Assembly (NCBI GenBank): GCA_964016885.1
Contig: OZ024740.1
Coordinates: forward strand, 190,898,001-190,962,000
Reading direction: 5' to 3'
DNA from: Eledone cirrhosa
Lineage: Eukaryota
DNA: 64,000 bases
Shown: one piece after another, positions 25,772-39,495 of the stretch
Layout of the letters: every line of letters starts with the position of its first letter
Position numbering within the stretch: position 1 is the first letter of the stretch
Notes under the pieces: generated by a model
What the model was told of the DNA's origin: nothing
Database searches by the model: none
What the model saw: only the letters and a program-made list of their open reading frames with translations
Made by a program: the position numbers and the translations under genes

Positions 25772-26055
25772 TGTTTCTTCTTTAGGCACAAGGCCAGCAA
25801 TCACGCAGTACATTACTGGTACTTCATTTTTATCGAACCCGTGTCGTGTAATTAATGGTTTCTGATTAAGGCACAATATCAACTATTTAGGAAAGGGAAA
25901 ACTTGATTAAAACAACCCAGTACGTAAATGGTTTGTTATTGTATCGAATCCATAATGATGAATGGCAAAGCTAACCTCGGTGTTATTTGACATCAGAACG
26001 TAAAGGGACATAACTACATGTAGCCCGATGCTCTACTGATACTGGCAATCCACCA
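25772..26055 (-). mobile_element. Composite family-A SINE (short 3' piece plus an older degenerate copy)
   Basis: TTAGGCACAAGGCCAGCAAT...CATTACTGGTACT followed by ...GGCAAAGCTAACCTCGG...GGCAATCCACC. Confidence 0.75.
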
Positions 26056-26454
26056 TTTTTTATTCATGTAATTAATTATATTTCTTATGGGGAAAATTCA
26101 CTTAAGAATATACATGAAATGCAACTGCATTATTATATGTGGCTTGTTTGTGCTTATTATGAATGTATATGTTAATCAACAACTATATTTTGGAAGAAGC
26201 GACTAGCAATTTATTTGATTTGTTCTCACTATACTTGTTAGGAAATATCAATTTAAAAAATCCAGCATATAACTACGGAATTTTATTTACTGATTCATTT
26301 TGCTATATTCAATATATTCCTCACGGCAGAATTTACCATATATACATGAAATAGAAATCTCCGTAGGTGATTTTGTATTATAGTATAAAAGGCCATGCAT
26401 AATTATATAATCCATTGCTGTTGTTCTTTAAGAGACTATAGTGATATTTTTGTG

Positions 26455-27068
26455 AGAATTCGTTACTTGGCATTCCTACTGTTCAGATGTGATTTTAATA
26501 CGCTCCTTACTCTCCGAATGTATTCAGATCTTATCAATTCCTTCATTTTTTTGTTTTTGGTGTCATCAACCTCCAAGACACCCAAATACTTGTATCCTTC
26601 TTCAGTGTCAATTTCCTTTATCATCTCACTTGTTGGTACCTGGATTCCGTTGTTTCTGCTCAATTTACGCCTCTTCATCACAAGGACTCCACACTTACTA
26701 ATACAACATTGCATACATATATCATTGCTGAAAATACGGACAGTGTCAACAAGCACATCCACCTCCTTCTCACTCTTCCCGAAGAGTTTAAGATCGTCCA
26801 TGAAGAGGAGGTGATTGATGGTAAGCTCTCCCTTTCCCAACCCGTATCCTGCTCTCACTTTTCGCAGTAGAATGGTCAGGGGCATCAGGGCAAGGACTAA
26901 CAACAGGGGGGACAGGATATCTCCCTGGAGGATACCTCTCTTGATCTTCACGATTCCCAAGGATTCTCCAGCTGATGTTAACTCTGTTTTCCAAGACTTC
27001 ATACTTTTGCCCAACAACTGTCTGATGTTATCTGCCACCTTGAAGATCTCTAGGCTTTTGGTGATCTA
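26455..27068 (-). pseudogene. R4/Dong-like non-LTR retrotransposon RT fragment
   Basis: ORF 26463-27038 contains IKRGILQGDILSPLL, INHLLFMDDLKLFGK and YKYLGVLE. Confidence 0.85.
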
Positions 27069-27102
27069 ATAATGAGGCACCACTATTATTATTATTATTA
27101 TT

Positions 27103-29560
27103 TAGTTAAGCAAAAGTTGACAGTGGGGATCATCAACAACAGATGGTGGGGGGCTCTCAAAAGAGAGATTAGAGTAACTTCGATAGAGTTCAGCAAAGAA
27201 CTAGCGTTACAGAAAAATAGAAAGGAGAGGGAGCTGGTAGATAAGTTAGACAAGGCTGTTTGTAGTGGCATTGCAACTGACGTGCTAGCGGCTAGAATAG
27301 CATTAGACCATTTATTCAATACCAAACACGAAGGTTGCATTGTCAGAGCTAATGGGCGGGCGCTGAGAAGCGAGGGAACCAAAGCTGTTCGATGGGCCCG
27401 TGTGGCGGAGGCGCAGCGTGGTAATAAAACCACAATTTGGTCTTTGGCGGACCGAGACGGACAAGAGATAAGCGATTCCAAGCGGATGTGTGAGGCCTTT
27501 CGCCAGCACTTTGCTCGGTTGTTCGGGGAGAGTGGCGAGTCAGAGAGAGTAGAGATTTTCAGTCCCTACCGCAAGTCACCTGGTTTGGATGGCCTGCCCT
27601 ACGAGCTTTAAGTAAATATGCCAGACTTGTTCTCCGAACTCCTCGAAGCACTCTACTGCAACTGGCAGCAGAATGGGAGTATTCCCAGTTCTGCGAGCAG
27701 GGGAGTGGTGACGCTGATAAGGAAAGACGAGAACAAGAGGGATACATTAGACAACTTCAGGCCCATAACTCTGCGGAATACATTTTTGAGATTTTGGCCA
27801 AGGTGTTAGCAAAGATATTGGCGCTTGTCGTCGAGGATTTGGTTGGGCAAGCGCAAACTTGCGCAATCCCAGCCACGTCCATACACAACAATCTCCACCT
27901 CATGCGATACATCATGAGAGTGTAGGGTGTCAACCTGACTTCAGTGGGACACTGATCAATCTAGACTAATCGAAAGCATTCGATAGGGTCGAACATCGGT
28001 ATCTGGAGTTTGTCCTCAAATCAGCTGACAGGAGCCAAACTTAACCCGGAAAAGTCGGTGGGTTTACAGCTCGGAACCTCGAGAGGCAAGCCCATGCCAT
28101 CCAACAGCGTCGTGGGGAGCTGAACGGACGTTGGTCGGGGTTTGGTTCGGACCAGACCTCCAGGTGGAAAAGAATTGGGACGAGGTAACGAGCAGAGTAG
28201 CCAGTCTCACCCAAAAATATGATGGGAGCAAGCTATCCCTGAAACGTCGTGCGGAGGTGTCGAATGCGTACATCGCGTCCGTCATCTACTACCGACTGAC
28301 CGACGTGCCTTGTCCCCGTCCGCGCCTCGTCAAGTTGGAACGGCTCCTCTTCAAATTCTTTTGGAAGAGACAAGTTCCGTTGATGAGGCGGTCCATCTGA
28401 TGCCAGCACCCTCTACGCGGAGGGCTGGGCTTGCCGTGGCTAATGATGCGCAGACATGCGTTGAGGCTGCGACATCTCTAGATATTCTGCTTTCAACGGT
28501 GAACAGGTGTGGTCGCCGTTTATCAGAGGGGCCTTTCCAGAGCTCATTTCTTTGACAGCTGTAGTCCTGGGTCAAGAAGAGACCGAGACTGGGTGACTGG
28601 CACCTGGAATGTTGCCAGGCACTCACTGCCCTCTACCAACCGGGCAATGCTATCAGTGGAACTTCCACTCTGGAGTTCTATTGAGGATTAGTGGTGGGCA
28701 AGTGCGATGACGCACTCGGAGAAGCTTTGGGCCTCGATGAAGTCGAACTGACCAGTCTGTACCGGAGGACTTTTGAGCCGGGGACGATGGACAATTTCCA
28801 GAAATCCCTCGCTTGGCAGTGCTCCCGGTGGGCACTGCTGGTTTGGGATAAACTCTACAGGTACGGAAGTGCTGTCAGACGGACCTGCCCAAGATGCGCA
28901 CAGACCGACGAAACCGTTCTGCACGCACTTGTCCAATGTCCGTGCATTACTGACTTGTGGAGTTATGTCGAACAGCTACTGTCGCATGTGGAACGAATCC
29001 GGCTATCGGCCGAGTCCATAGTGAAGATCGATCCACCGCCTTCCTTAGATCAGGAAGAGCAGGAAAGTTTTCTCTATCTGGTGGCAGTTGCAAAAGCTGT
29101 TGTATGGTGGACCAGGTTAAAAGGACTGAAGACAGACACTTTTATCTTCGGCCAAGTTTCACGTGGAAAGGAAGGTGAAGGTGGAGAGAGAAGTACTGCC
29201 CCCCAGTACATTTGCTAAAAGGTGGGTGAATGTTGCGAGAATGGCTCGTATGGATGGGCCTGCTCTGACCATGCGCCTATAGGCTAGCTAACTTGATAAG
29301 AAGGGTGCACTCCCTGGTTGTCCTAGAAGCGCCGGGTGGTTCAGGTTTGGTGGGGTACCCGAGTCACCCCAGGGTCCTTCACCACCTATCGGGGAATTAA
29401 TTTTGTTATATTTATGCATAGTTTATTTTATATTTTTATATTTTCATTGTTAAATTAGTCTTGGCATTGTGCACCTTTACTCGACCTTATTGTAAACCCC
29501 CACTGTCCTGTCTTTGTATTGTCCCCTACATGTCGATCCTTGTGGCTAATAAATGAAATC
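27103..29560 (+). mobile_element. L1/Tx1-type LINE copy 1, 5'-truncated, with internal RT deletion
   Basis: KSPGLDGLPYEL, DNFRPITL and CPRC..ETVLHALVQC motifs. Ends AATAAATGAAATC then (ATT)n. Confidence 0.92.
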
Positions 29561-29804
29561 ATTATTATTATTAATATTATTATTATTATTGGCGACCTAC
29601 GTAGTAAATCGTATCATCGTGAGCTCCGCAAACGTTTGTTATTTTCAGTTGTTTAAAATTGCCATTCATGGAAAATTGTTATTGTTAACTGTATATAAGT
29701 GCACATACATTGTTATCTGAAAAGGACACCCAAAAAGATTGGGACCTTGAGCCAAATATTTAAACTTTTATAATTATCAAACAACAATTTTCCTTTGAAA
29801 AGTC

Positions 29805-31738
29805 ATGGATGACTCAGAGTCACTGCTTCCTCACATACTAACACCTCACAACGACACCACCATTGTAAATATTACTACGTTTGCCAACACTAAAAATATA
29901 AGCAGTAGCAATATTTTAAATTTGTCTCAGGCAGACATTCATTTCCCGCCATTACCAAGTGTTAAATACCAGGTGTTAAAGCCGCCACCACTACCGCGAC
30001 AACCACCACCCCACCACCACCGCGACAACAAAAACAAAAGAAAAAAATAAATTAACTCGGGATATCGAAATGAATTCAACCAAAATTAACTCTTCCACAC
30101 CGAACACCACTGACGCCACCACCACCACAACTGAAACTGAAATTAAAAATCACAAAAATAACGATAATAACAACAGCAACAATGATATTAAGAAAACCAC
30201 CCTGAGTTTTGCCAGAGTAGCAAAACAGTGCGAAGCATTTCAGGTAACTCAGGAGGATTAGAAGAAGCCAAAAGAATGGTAAAGAAAGATGGGTACATGT
30301 TTAGTCACACCCACTCCCCAAACACCCACACATACACACCTAATAAAATGGAGCATCGGCGCCTATGCACCGTGTCTTATCGAACAATTAATATAAAATC
30401 GCGCTGAGTGGAACGGGCATCCGAGTCCCAAATCCAAAAATCTTTGGGACATGAGTGGAAAAAAAACCCACATCAGTAATGGGCAGAAGTATGGAACAGT
30501 GGACGTGTTCTTTGAAACACCACAGGAGGATAGAGAACACTTAATGGCCACATTAAGAAGTGACGACTTCACACTCGTCCCAAGCTATTGTGGCCAGAGA
30601 TTCGTAAAGATCAGGGTCACCCACGTTCCACCGGCCATCGAAATTCCCTGGCTAATAGCTGCCGCCCTCGCCGGCATCGAAGCCAACACCAAGATAATCG
30701 AAATAGCGAAAGAAAAGCAGGAGAACTGGTCCGGATCTGGGATGGAGCTCCTGAACCAAGCGAACCAAAAAAGCATTCAGGAGATCCCAGAGGTAATAGA
30801 TCCCACTGACGGCAGCCACCTCGCCGCAATTGTCGAGGGCAGAAGGCCTAGGTGTGCCGTTTGTGGTGAAGGAACCCACCTAAGGGCTTTCTGCCCTCAG
30901 GCTTAAAGGTTGAGGCCACCTCTCCTAACCACCCCAGTGACACAACCATCAACAAGCAGCAACAAAATGAAGCAACTGTAACAGCAACAACCCCAGCAAC
31001 AGTAGCAAAATCAACACCACCACCACCCAACGCGCCAGAACTAGCACCAGCGCGTACACCATCGACCACGCCACAACCAAAACTAACGCCTGTGGACGAG
31101 TTTCCACGCCCCGGCCTATCACAACTGGAAACAGATTGTGACGACGAGGTGTGGAAAACGGTATCAGGAAAAATAAAAAAAAAAAACCCCAAAAAAGAAA
31201 TTCTCTTCCTTCCCACTCCAAAAACAAAATACAGAGGAAAACAAATAAACTATCAAACAAAAAAGTTAGGACTGATATGCCACCATCCACACCAGCATCA
31301 ACAACCCCATCACCCCAAACACCAACACCATCACCATCATTAACCCCAACACCAGCATCACCTACACTACAAAAGTCACCAAAAAGCGAAACAGAAACCA
31401 ACCAACAACAAACACAAACAAAACAAAACAACCAAAACGATACACACTGCACAGCATTAAATTTGAACAATAACCAATTATTACACTACATCCAACACAA
31501 CACCAGCATCACAGAAAAATACTACACAACAACCCAAAAGTTCACACCGTCTCCACACATACAAATCACTCGCATCACACATAAAACGTACATAACACTA
31601 AAACAAATTATCCCCAAAGACATCGGAGACTTCCGACAAGCACTCTCAAGGAGGATTTATAAGGACATCCTTCCTGAGGAAGCCACAAGCAGTGAAAAGG
31701 ATGGAGAAACCGTCCTTCTTCTACGAGAATTAAGGTAA
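29805..31738 (+). pseudogene. LINE ORF1 remnant with CCHC zinc knuckle and Pro/Thr-rich tail
   Basis: ORF 30451-30906 contains VEGRRPRCAVCGEGTHLRAFCP. The fragments lie directly upstream of ORF2. Confidence 0.8.
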
Positions 31739-31772
31739 GTGGTCTTTCCCATCTTTTTCACTCCATTTCAAC

Positions 31773-34700
31773 ATGACCTCAATCAGAATAGGCAGCATAA
31801 ATGCGCGTCGCTTGGGGTCGTCATGGAAGCAGGGCCACCTGCTCAACGACCTCAGGTTACTAAACATAGATGTAGTGGCCACCAGCGAGGCCAGAATCTC
31901 CGAAGCACGGGCCTTCGCACCGATCTTCGGCAGCTACGATGTGTACGTATCTCCCAGCCGTCCGGGATTGGGGGGAGGAGTTGGTGTGCTTTTTTGGAGA
32001 GGTTTCGATCTCGTCATGAGGGACATCTTCCTGGATCCAGAAGGTGAGTTCGTGGTGCTGGACGTGACCAGCGGAGACGGGCAAGCGTTCAGGCTAGTGG
32101 CCGTATATGCCCCGAAAGGAGCAGGGCCGCCTGATTTCTTCCGGCGTCTGGAGACCTTTCTTGGAACGTCCCGCTCTTTAGTGTTAGTGGGCGACTGGAA
32201 CGGGTTCCTAGATGCACGCTGGGACTGTGTGGGATTAGCGGATAGGGGAGGAGGGTGCAAGAGTCTCAACAACCTGCTCAGGCGTTTTGAACTGTCTGAC
32301 AGGTACCGATTGGATTTCCCGAATGTGCCAATGTGGACTTGGACATATTGCATAGGGTCATCCAGATCATATCTAGATAGAGTATTTTGTAGGGAAATAG
32401 ATATATCTAGCATAGGCTCTCCACAATTCAAGATAATCAGCCATACGGACCACAAATTCGTGATCTGTGTGCTTGACTTAAATAGGCTTCATAGACGAGG
32501 ATCCGGCTACTGGAAGCTAAACGCGTCCTTACCAGCGTTCAAGGCCTACAGAGACCGTATTAGCGAACTAGTTAAGCGGGCGTTGACGGGGGCCATCGTC
32601 AACAACAAGTGGTGGTTTGCTCTGAAAAGAGCAATTAGAATAGAGTCCATTAGGTTTAGTAATGCTTTAGCAATAGAGAAACATATAGCAGAGGGAGAAT
32701 TAGTTAGAAAATTAGACGAGGCGCTTAGCAAAGGCATCGCGACCGACGTACTTGCGACGAAATTGGCCCTTGACTAATTCTTCAATGCAAAGCACAAAGG
32801 CTGCGTTGTCAGAGCTAGGGTGCGTGCACTCAGGCACGAGGGGACGAAAGCCTTTCAACGGGCCCGAGTGGCAGAGGCGCGTCGTGGCAACAAAGCCACG
32901 ATACGGTCTTTGGTGGACCATGACGCGCGCATGCTACTCAATCCCGGGAAAATGTGTGAAGCTTTTCAGCGACACTTCGCACAGCTGTTTGGGAGTAGCG
33001 GCGGGCCGGATCGAGGGATGGATTTTAGTGTCTACCTCGACGGACTGCCGCGGCTCTCGGCCACTGAGGCGAAAAGCTGATAACAACTGCTGAAGTACGG
33101 GTGGCAATGACTCGCTGCACAAGAGGTAAATCGCCTGGTTTGGATGGTCTGCCCTATGAACGTTACGTACAGATGCCAGACTTGTTCGGAGGCCTATTGG
33201 CAGATGTCTACTGCAACTAGCAACAAAACGGGAGAATTCCCAACTCTGTGAGCCGAGGAGCTGTGGGGCTGCTGAGAAAGGATCCGAACAATGGGGATAA
33301 CATAGATAATTTCAGGACCATAACTCCTCTAAACACAGATTTCATGATTTTGGCCAACGTGCTAGCAAAGAGGTTGGCACTTGTCGTTGGTGGTCTGGGG
33401 GCATCCATGACAACCTCCACCTCATGCGATACATCCTAGAGAGGGTAGCTAGGGAACCTGGCACGGGTGGGACCTTGATCAATTTAGATCAGTCGAAATC
33501 TTACGATAGCGTCGACCATCGTTACCTAGTGGCAGTCCTAAGGGCGGCTGGCTTTGAGCCCGTCTCCGAGGCTGGATCGCTGCCATGCACAGCGACATCT
33601 GCTCTGTGGTGAGAGTGAACGGTCACCTTTCGGAACCGCTCGATCAGCCAAGGATTTCCCCTCTCGTCCCTCTTGTACGTATTGACTCTCGAGCCATTAC
33701 TGCACAAACTGGAGACGTTGAGGGGGTTCATGCCGTCCAACAGCGTCGTCGGGCATTGGACGGACGGACCGGTTAAATTGCTAGGGGTCTGTGTCGGTAC
33801 GGACCTCCAGACGGACAAAAGCTCGGACTAGGTGACGAGCAGGGTGGCTTCTCTCAACCAGAAATGGGCGGAGAGCAAGCTATCCCGGAAAGGTCGAGCG
33901 GAGGTGGCTAACGCGTATATCGCGTCCGTCATCTACTACCACCTGACCGTTGTACCTTGTCCTAAGCCCCGCCTGACTGCGCTGGAGCGTTTGCTCTTTC
34001 GTTTTTTGTGGAAGGGACGCACTACGATGGTCAGGCAGTCTATCTGCTGTCAACACCCGCTACATGGAGGGCTGGGCATGCCGTGGCTGATGATGCGCAG
34101 ACATGCGCTCAGGCAACGCATGTCCACCTCTTCCTCGACGGTGATCAGGTGTGGTCGCCGTTTGCCAGACACGTCTTTCCCCAGCTCGTCTCCTTGACAG
34201 AGCTGCAGTCCTGTGTCAAGCGAAGACAGAGAGGGAGCGCTTGGAGACTGGAATGTCTTCAGGCGCTCACAGCCCTCGACCTATCAGGCAATGTGATCGG
34301 TGGAAACTCCACCTTAGCGTTCTATAGAGGATTAGTGGAGGGGAAGAGCGACGACGTACTTGGAGAAATTCTAGGTGTCGACGAAAATCAACTAGCCAAT
34401 CTCTTCGGAAGGACTTTCGGGTCGGGGCCTACGGACAAATTCCAGAAATCCCTGGCCTGGCAGTGCTACCGAGGAACTTTGCCAGTTCGGGATAAACTCT
34501 ACATGCATGGAGGTGCCGTCAACCGGGCATGTCCGAGATGCGCGCACGGCGATGAAACCGTCCTGCACGCACTTGTCTAGTGTCCGAAAATTGCTGACTT
34601 GTGGGTTTATGTCGAACACCTGCTGTCACGTGTAGGACGGATCCAGCTATCAGCTGAGTCCATCTTGAGGATTGCCCCGCCCTCTTCCATTAGCCGGGAA

Positions 34701-34946
34701 GGGCAGGCAGTTTTTATCTGTCTGGTGGTCATGGCGAAAGAGATAGTATGGTGGACACGTTTGAAAGGGCTGAAGACGAGCACTTCTGTCTTCGGTGATG
34801 CCCTGATTAACTTTTTCAAATTTCATTTGAAAAGGAAAATCAGGGTAGAGAGGGAATTGCTCTCTTCCCAGCATTTTGTTGAAAGATGTGTGAGAGATGC
34901 AAGTATGGCCCGAGTGAATGGGCTTACTCTGAGTATCTGTCTGTAA
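31773..34946 (+). pseudogene. LINE ORF2 remnant (APE endonuclease, RT with YADD segment deleted near 33725, C-terminal zinc finger)
   Basis: IGSINARRL, VAVYAP, LVGDWN, SYLDRVF, TDHK, GYWKLN, NLDQSKSYD, CPRC..ETVLH. Multiple stops and frameshifts. Confidence 0.92.
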
Positions 34947-35221
34947 ATTAAAAGTGGAATACTGGGAGAGGGCACTTGCCCTGGTGGTCAGGATCACTGT
35001 GGCCTTTTAATGGGCTCTCTCCACAAATGTCCCTCGGAAGTCTCCCCCCTATTGGGGAATTTTTAATTGTTATTTTTTCATTACATCCTCTGTTTTTTTA
35101 CACGCAGAAAGGCCCATTTGTACCGTCCTGTATTGTCCTGTGCTGTCCTTAATGTTTACTTTATGTAAACCCTTGTGGTTAATAAAGAAAGCATTATTAT
35201 TATTTTTATTATTCTTATTAT

Positions 35222-38104
35222 TAGTTAAGCGGGCGTTGACGGGAGAGGTCGTCAACAACAGGTGGTGGTTCGCCCTGAAAAGGTCAATTAAAGTAGAGTC
35301 GATTAGGTTTAGCAAAGAAGTAGTGATAGAGGAAAATAGAGTAGAGGGAGAGCTAGTCAGAAAGCTAGAAGAGGCGTTTAGGACAGGCATCGCAACCGAC
35401 GTGCTTGCAGCGAGATTGGCACTCGACCAATTCTTCAACGCAAAACACGAAGGCTGCGTTGTCAGAGCTAGAGCGCGTGCTCTGAAACACGGGGGGACAA
35501 AAGCCGTCCAATGGGCCTGGGTGGAAGAGTCGCGACGTGGCAATAAAGCCACATTCGTTCTTTGTCTGATCAAAACGGGTGCGTGATGCTCGAACCCGAG
35601 CGGATGTGTGAAGCTTTTCAGCAGCACTTTGCTGAACTGTTCGGGAGCAGCGGCGGCCCGGATCGGGGCATGGATTTCAGTGCATACCTCGACGGGTTGC
35701 CGCGGCTCTCGACGACCGCAGCACAATGTTGCGAAAAGCCAATGACAGCCGGTGAAATACTTGAAGCGATGGCTAACTGCACAAGAGGTAAATCGCCAGG
35801 TTTAGATGGTCTGCCCTACGAGCTTTATGCATTTATGCCAGACTTGTTCGGTGACCTCTTGGCAGACGTCTACTGCAACTGGCAGCAGAACGGGAGCATT
35901 CCCAGTTTTGTGAGCCGGGGAGCAGTGGCGCTGCTCAGAAAAGACCCGAACGAGGGGGATGTTATTGATAATTTCAGGCCCACAACCCTGCTAAACGCAG
36001 AGTTCAAGATTTTGGTCAAAGTGTTAGTAACGAGGGTGGCGCTTGTCGTCAACGGTCTGGTGGGAGAGGCGCACACATGCGCCATTCCGGACAGATCTCC
36101 ACCTCATGCAATACATCATAGAGAGGGTGGTTAAGGAACCTGGCAAGGGTGTAGCCCTGATCAACTTGGATCAATCCAAAGCATTCGACAGGGTCGAACA
36201 TCGGTACCTGGCGGCGGTCCTCCAGGCAGCCGGTTTCGGTCCCGTTTTCAGGCGTTGGATCGCAGCAGTGTACAGCGACATCTGCTCAGTTGTGGGGGTG
36301 AACGGTCACCTGTAGCAGCCATTCATCATCATGCGCTCAGTCCGGCAGGTTTGTCCCCTTTCGTCCCTCTTGTACGTATTGGCTCTCCAGCCGTTACTGC
36401 ACAAACTGGGGGCGATAAGGGGCGTCCCACGCGAAATAGGATGCGGGAAATCCGAGTCGGCTTACGCTGACGACGTCACCGTGGTGGTGTCGAGCACCAG
36501 ACACGTCCAGATGCTCGGCACCGCTCTCAAGGAATACGAAACGGTGACAGGAGCAAAGATAAACTAGAAAAAGTATGTGGGCTTGCAGCTAGGCACCTGA
36601 AGAGGCAAGTCCATGCCGTCCGACAGCGTCGTGGGGCGTTGGACGGACGGACCGGTTAAATTGCTCGGGGTCTGGTTCGGACCGAACCTCCAGAGGGAGA
36701 AAAACTGGAACGAGGTGACCAGCAGGGTGGCCACCCTCAGCGAGAAATGGGCTGAGAGGAAGCTGTCCCTGAAAGGCCGGTCGGAAGTGGTGAATGCGTA
36801 CATCGCACCCGTTATCTGCTACCGCCTCACCGTCGTCCCTTGCTCCAGCCCAACTCTCACCAAAATGGAGCGCCTCCTCTTCCGCTTGTCGTGGAAGAGG
36901 ACGCGCTCCCATGGTCAGACGGTCCTTCTGCTGTCAACAACCGTTGCGTGGAGGACTGGGCATGACATGGCTGATGATGCGCAAACATGCGCTGAGGCTG
37001 CGACATCTCTGGTGCTTCCTTGATGGTGAACGTGTGTGGTCGCCGTTCGCCAGGCACATTTTCCCACAGCTCGTCTCCTTGACGGAGCTGCAGTCCTGGG
37101 TCAGAAAAAGACCGAGGGATAGTGCTTGGAAACTGGAATGTCTCCAGGCGCTCACTGCCCTCTCCCAGTTGGGTACCAGTATCGGTGGAACATTCACCTC
37201 GGCGTTCTATAGAGGACTAGTGGAGGGGAATAGCGACGACGTTCTCGGAGAGATCCTGGGCGTCGAAGAATATCAGCTGCTTGCTCTCTTCCGGAGAACT
37301 TTCAACCCGGGGCCTATGGATAACTTCCAAAAGTCCCTGGCCTGGCAGTGCTACCGGAGAGCGCTGCCGGTTCGAGATAAGCTCTACAGGCACGGAAGTG
37401 CCGTCAGCCGAGCCTGTCCGAGATGCGCGCATAGCGACGAAACCGTTGTGCACGCACTCGTTCAGTGCCCGAGCATTGCTGACTTGTGGAGCTATGTCGA
37501 ACAGGTGCTGTCGCTTGTGGGACTAATCCGGTTGTCGACTGAGTCCATTGTGCAGATGGTCTCGCCGTCTTCCTTTGAGGAGGAAGGGCAGGCGGTTTTC
37601 ATCTGCCTGGTGGCCCTGGTGAAAGAGATTTTGTGGTGGACAAGTTTAAACGGATTAAAGACAAACACTTTCCTCTTCGGCGAATCCCTGATTAACTTTT
37701 TCAAGTTTCACTTGAAGAGGAAAATCAGGGGGGAGAGGCAAGTGCTGCGTTCTAGCAAGTTTGTTGAAAGGTGGGTGAATGTAGCGAGAATGGTCCGAGT
37801 GAATATACGTCTGTATTTTGAGAGTTGGAAAAATTGAGAGAGGGCGCTTGCCCTGGTAGTCAGGGTGGCCGTGGTTTTGTGTGGTTTTCGCCATGAGTAA
37901 CCCTCGGAGGTTTCCCCCCTATTGGGGAATTTTTTATTGTTTCAATTTTCATTTTATTGTTTATATATATATATTCTTTATGTCTTTTTTCTTTTCTTAT
38001 ATAAATAATAAAAATATTTACACGCTCAAAACCCACATCGTACCGTCCTGTTCCGTCTGTGATGTTTTTCTTGATGTCAGCCCTTGTGGCCAATAAAGAA
38101 ATCA
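35222..38104 (+). mobile_element. L1/Tx1-type LINE copy 3, 5'-truncated, retains YADD
   Basis: KSPGLDGLP, NLDQSKAFDRV, RQVCPLS, SAYADDV and CPRC..HALVQC motifs. Ends AATAAAGAAATC then (ATT)n. Confidence 0.93.
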
Positions 38105-38146
38105 GTATTATTATATATTATTATTATTATTATTATTATTAATATT

Positions 38147-38177
<31 letters not shown>

Positions 38178-38245
38178 AAGATGGGTGAGTGAGGCAAGAA
38201 TGGCCCGAGTGAGTGGACCTACACTGAGTATATGCCTGTAAATTG
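38178..38245 (+). mobile_element. Tiny fourth fragment of the same LINE (ORF2 C-terminus)
   Basis: AAGATGGGTGAGTGAGGCAAGAATGGCCCGAGTGAGTGG...TGTAAATT matches ~34883-34949. Confidence 0.8.
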
Positions 38246-39354
38246 TCTACAACTATTTCAATTGATTTGGTTCGATCCCCAAGCATGATACCTGTTGGTT
38301 CTTGCACGTACAATCTGTCCAATGATTATATCCTGAAATATTCTAGCCACATGTCCGTAGTACCAGACATGTGATCTCTTACTTCCCACCTAGCCGCTTA
38401 ACTTGGCGCAATTCTTTGTCCTTGGTAGAAGCTATGCATTCTATCGTGTAATATATCTTGAATAACATTAAATCCACTTCTATTAATTTGCTTGTAACAC
38501 GAATGATATGTCGTTGTATTTCTAATCAATCAATACTTTAATAATAATTTAAAATCAATTTCATTTTTTATTTATTTGCCTACATTATCCAGGAAAACAC
38601 AATAATTCTAATTTGGCATATAACTACATTACATACCGTTTAAGATTCTTTTAATTGAGACATGGATAAAGTATTAATGATGTTATGTGCAAATTTAAGG
38701 ACATGTACAATCTTAAGAGGATTATTATCTACCCGATGAATATAGTAATTATGTGTTTCTAGTTTTACATTCAATTAATAATTTTCTATATTCTTATTAT
38801 TCTAGGATAAATGATTATCTTTATATGATGTTGTTGTTGTTGTTATTCAAGAAATGTATTCACTTTACATGTGTTCAAGGTATATCGTGTGCATACATCT
38901 AGCATTTGGCATTTGATGATGATCTACTGCGTACATTTGTGTAATAATCTCTAGTGCAACACCACTATCCTTATTATCAATACACTGAGTTATCATGCGT
39001 TTTCTCAGCATGCGTTCTCACAGACCGAGTTAGTACATAGTCGGCGTTACTTAGACTCATTGTGCCCTCGTGTTTCTTCATTATTAAATATGGGGAGAAT
39101 GAGGTCATGAATCATGGTATACCTGTTTGGGGAAAATGATACATGAGACATAACGGATAATAATGTTAAATGACATTGGTAAGTCGCAAAAGTGACGAGC
39201 GGGTTGGTATGATGAAATAGGGATATGACAAGTGCAGTGGGGATTACAAGAGAGTTGTGTGAGAGAATTCTGTGTATATATATCTACACAGGCGGGGACA
39301 CACAGACAAACACACACACACATACACATACACACAAAGGCATATATTAATGAA

Positions 39355-39495
39355 GACGCATGGCTTAGTGGTCAGCGTCGGGCTTACAATCCGGAGATTA
39401 TGAATTGCGATTCTCTGACCTGTATTTGTGTTTTGTTCTTGAGCAAAACACTTTATTTCACGTTGCTACAGTTCACTCAGCTATGGAAATGAGTT
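39355..39495 (+). mobile_element. tRNA-derived SINE (family B), partial
   Basis: TGGCTTAGTGG A-box, degenerate B-box, then TTCTTGAGCAAAACACTTTATTTCACGTTGCT. Confidence 0.7.

Larger units (their letters stand above)
29591..35192 (+). mobile_element. L1/Tx1-type LINE copy 2, apparently full-length but decayed
   Basis: 5' UTR, ORF1 remnant, ORF2 (APE-RT-zinc finger), AATAAA at 35181, and (ATT)n on both sides. Confidence 0.93.
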
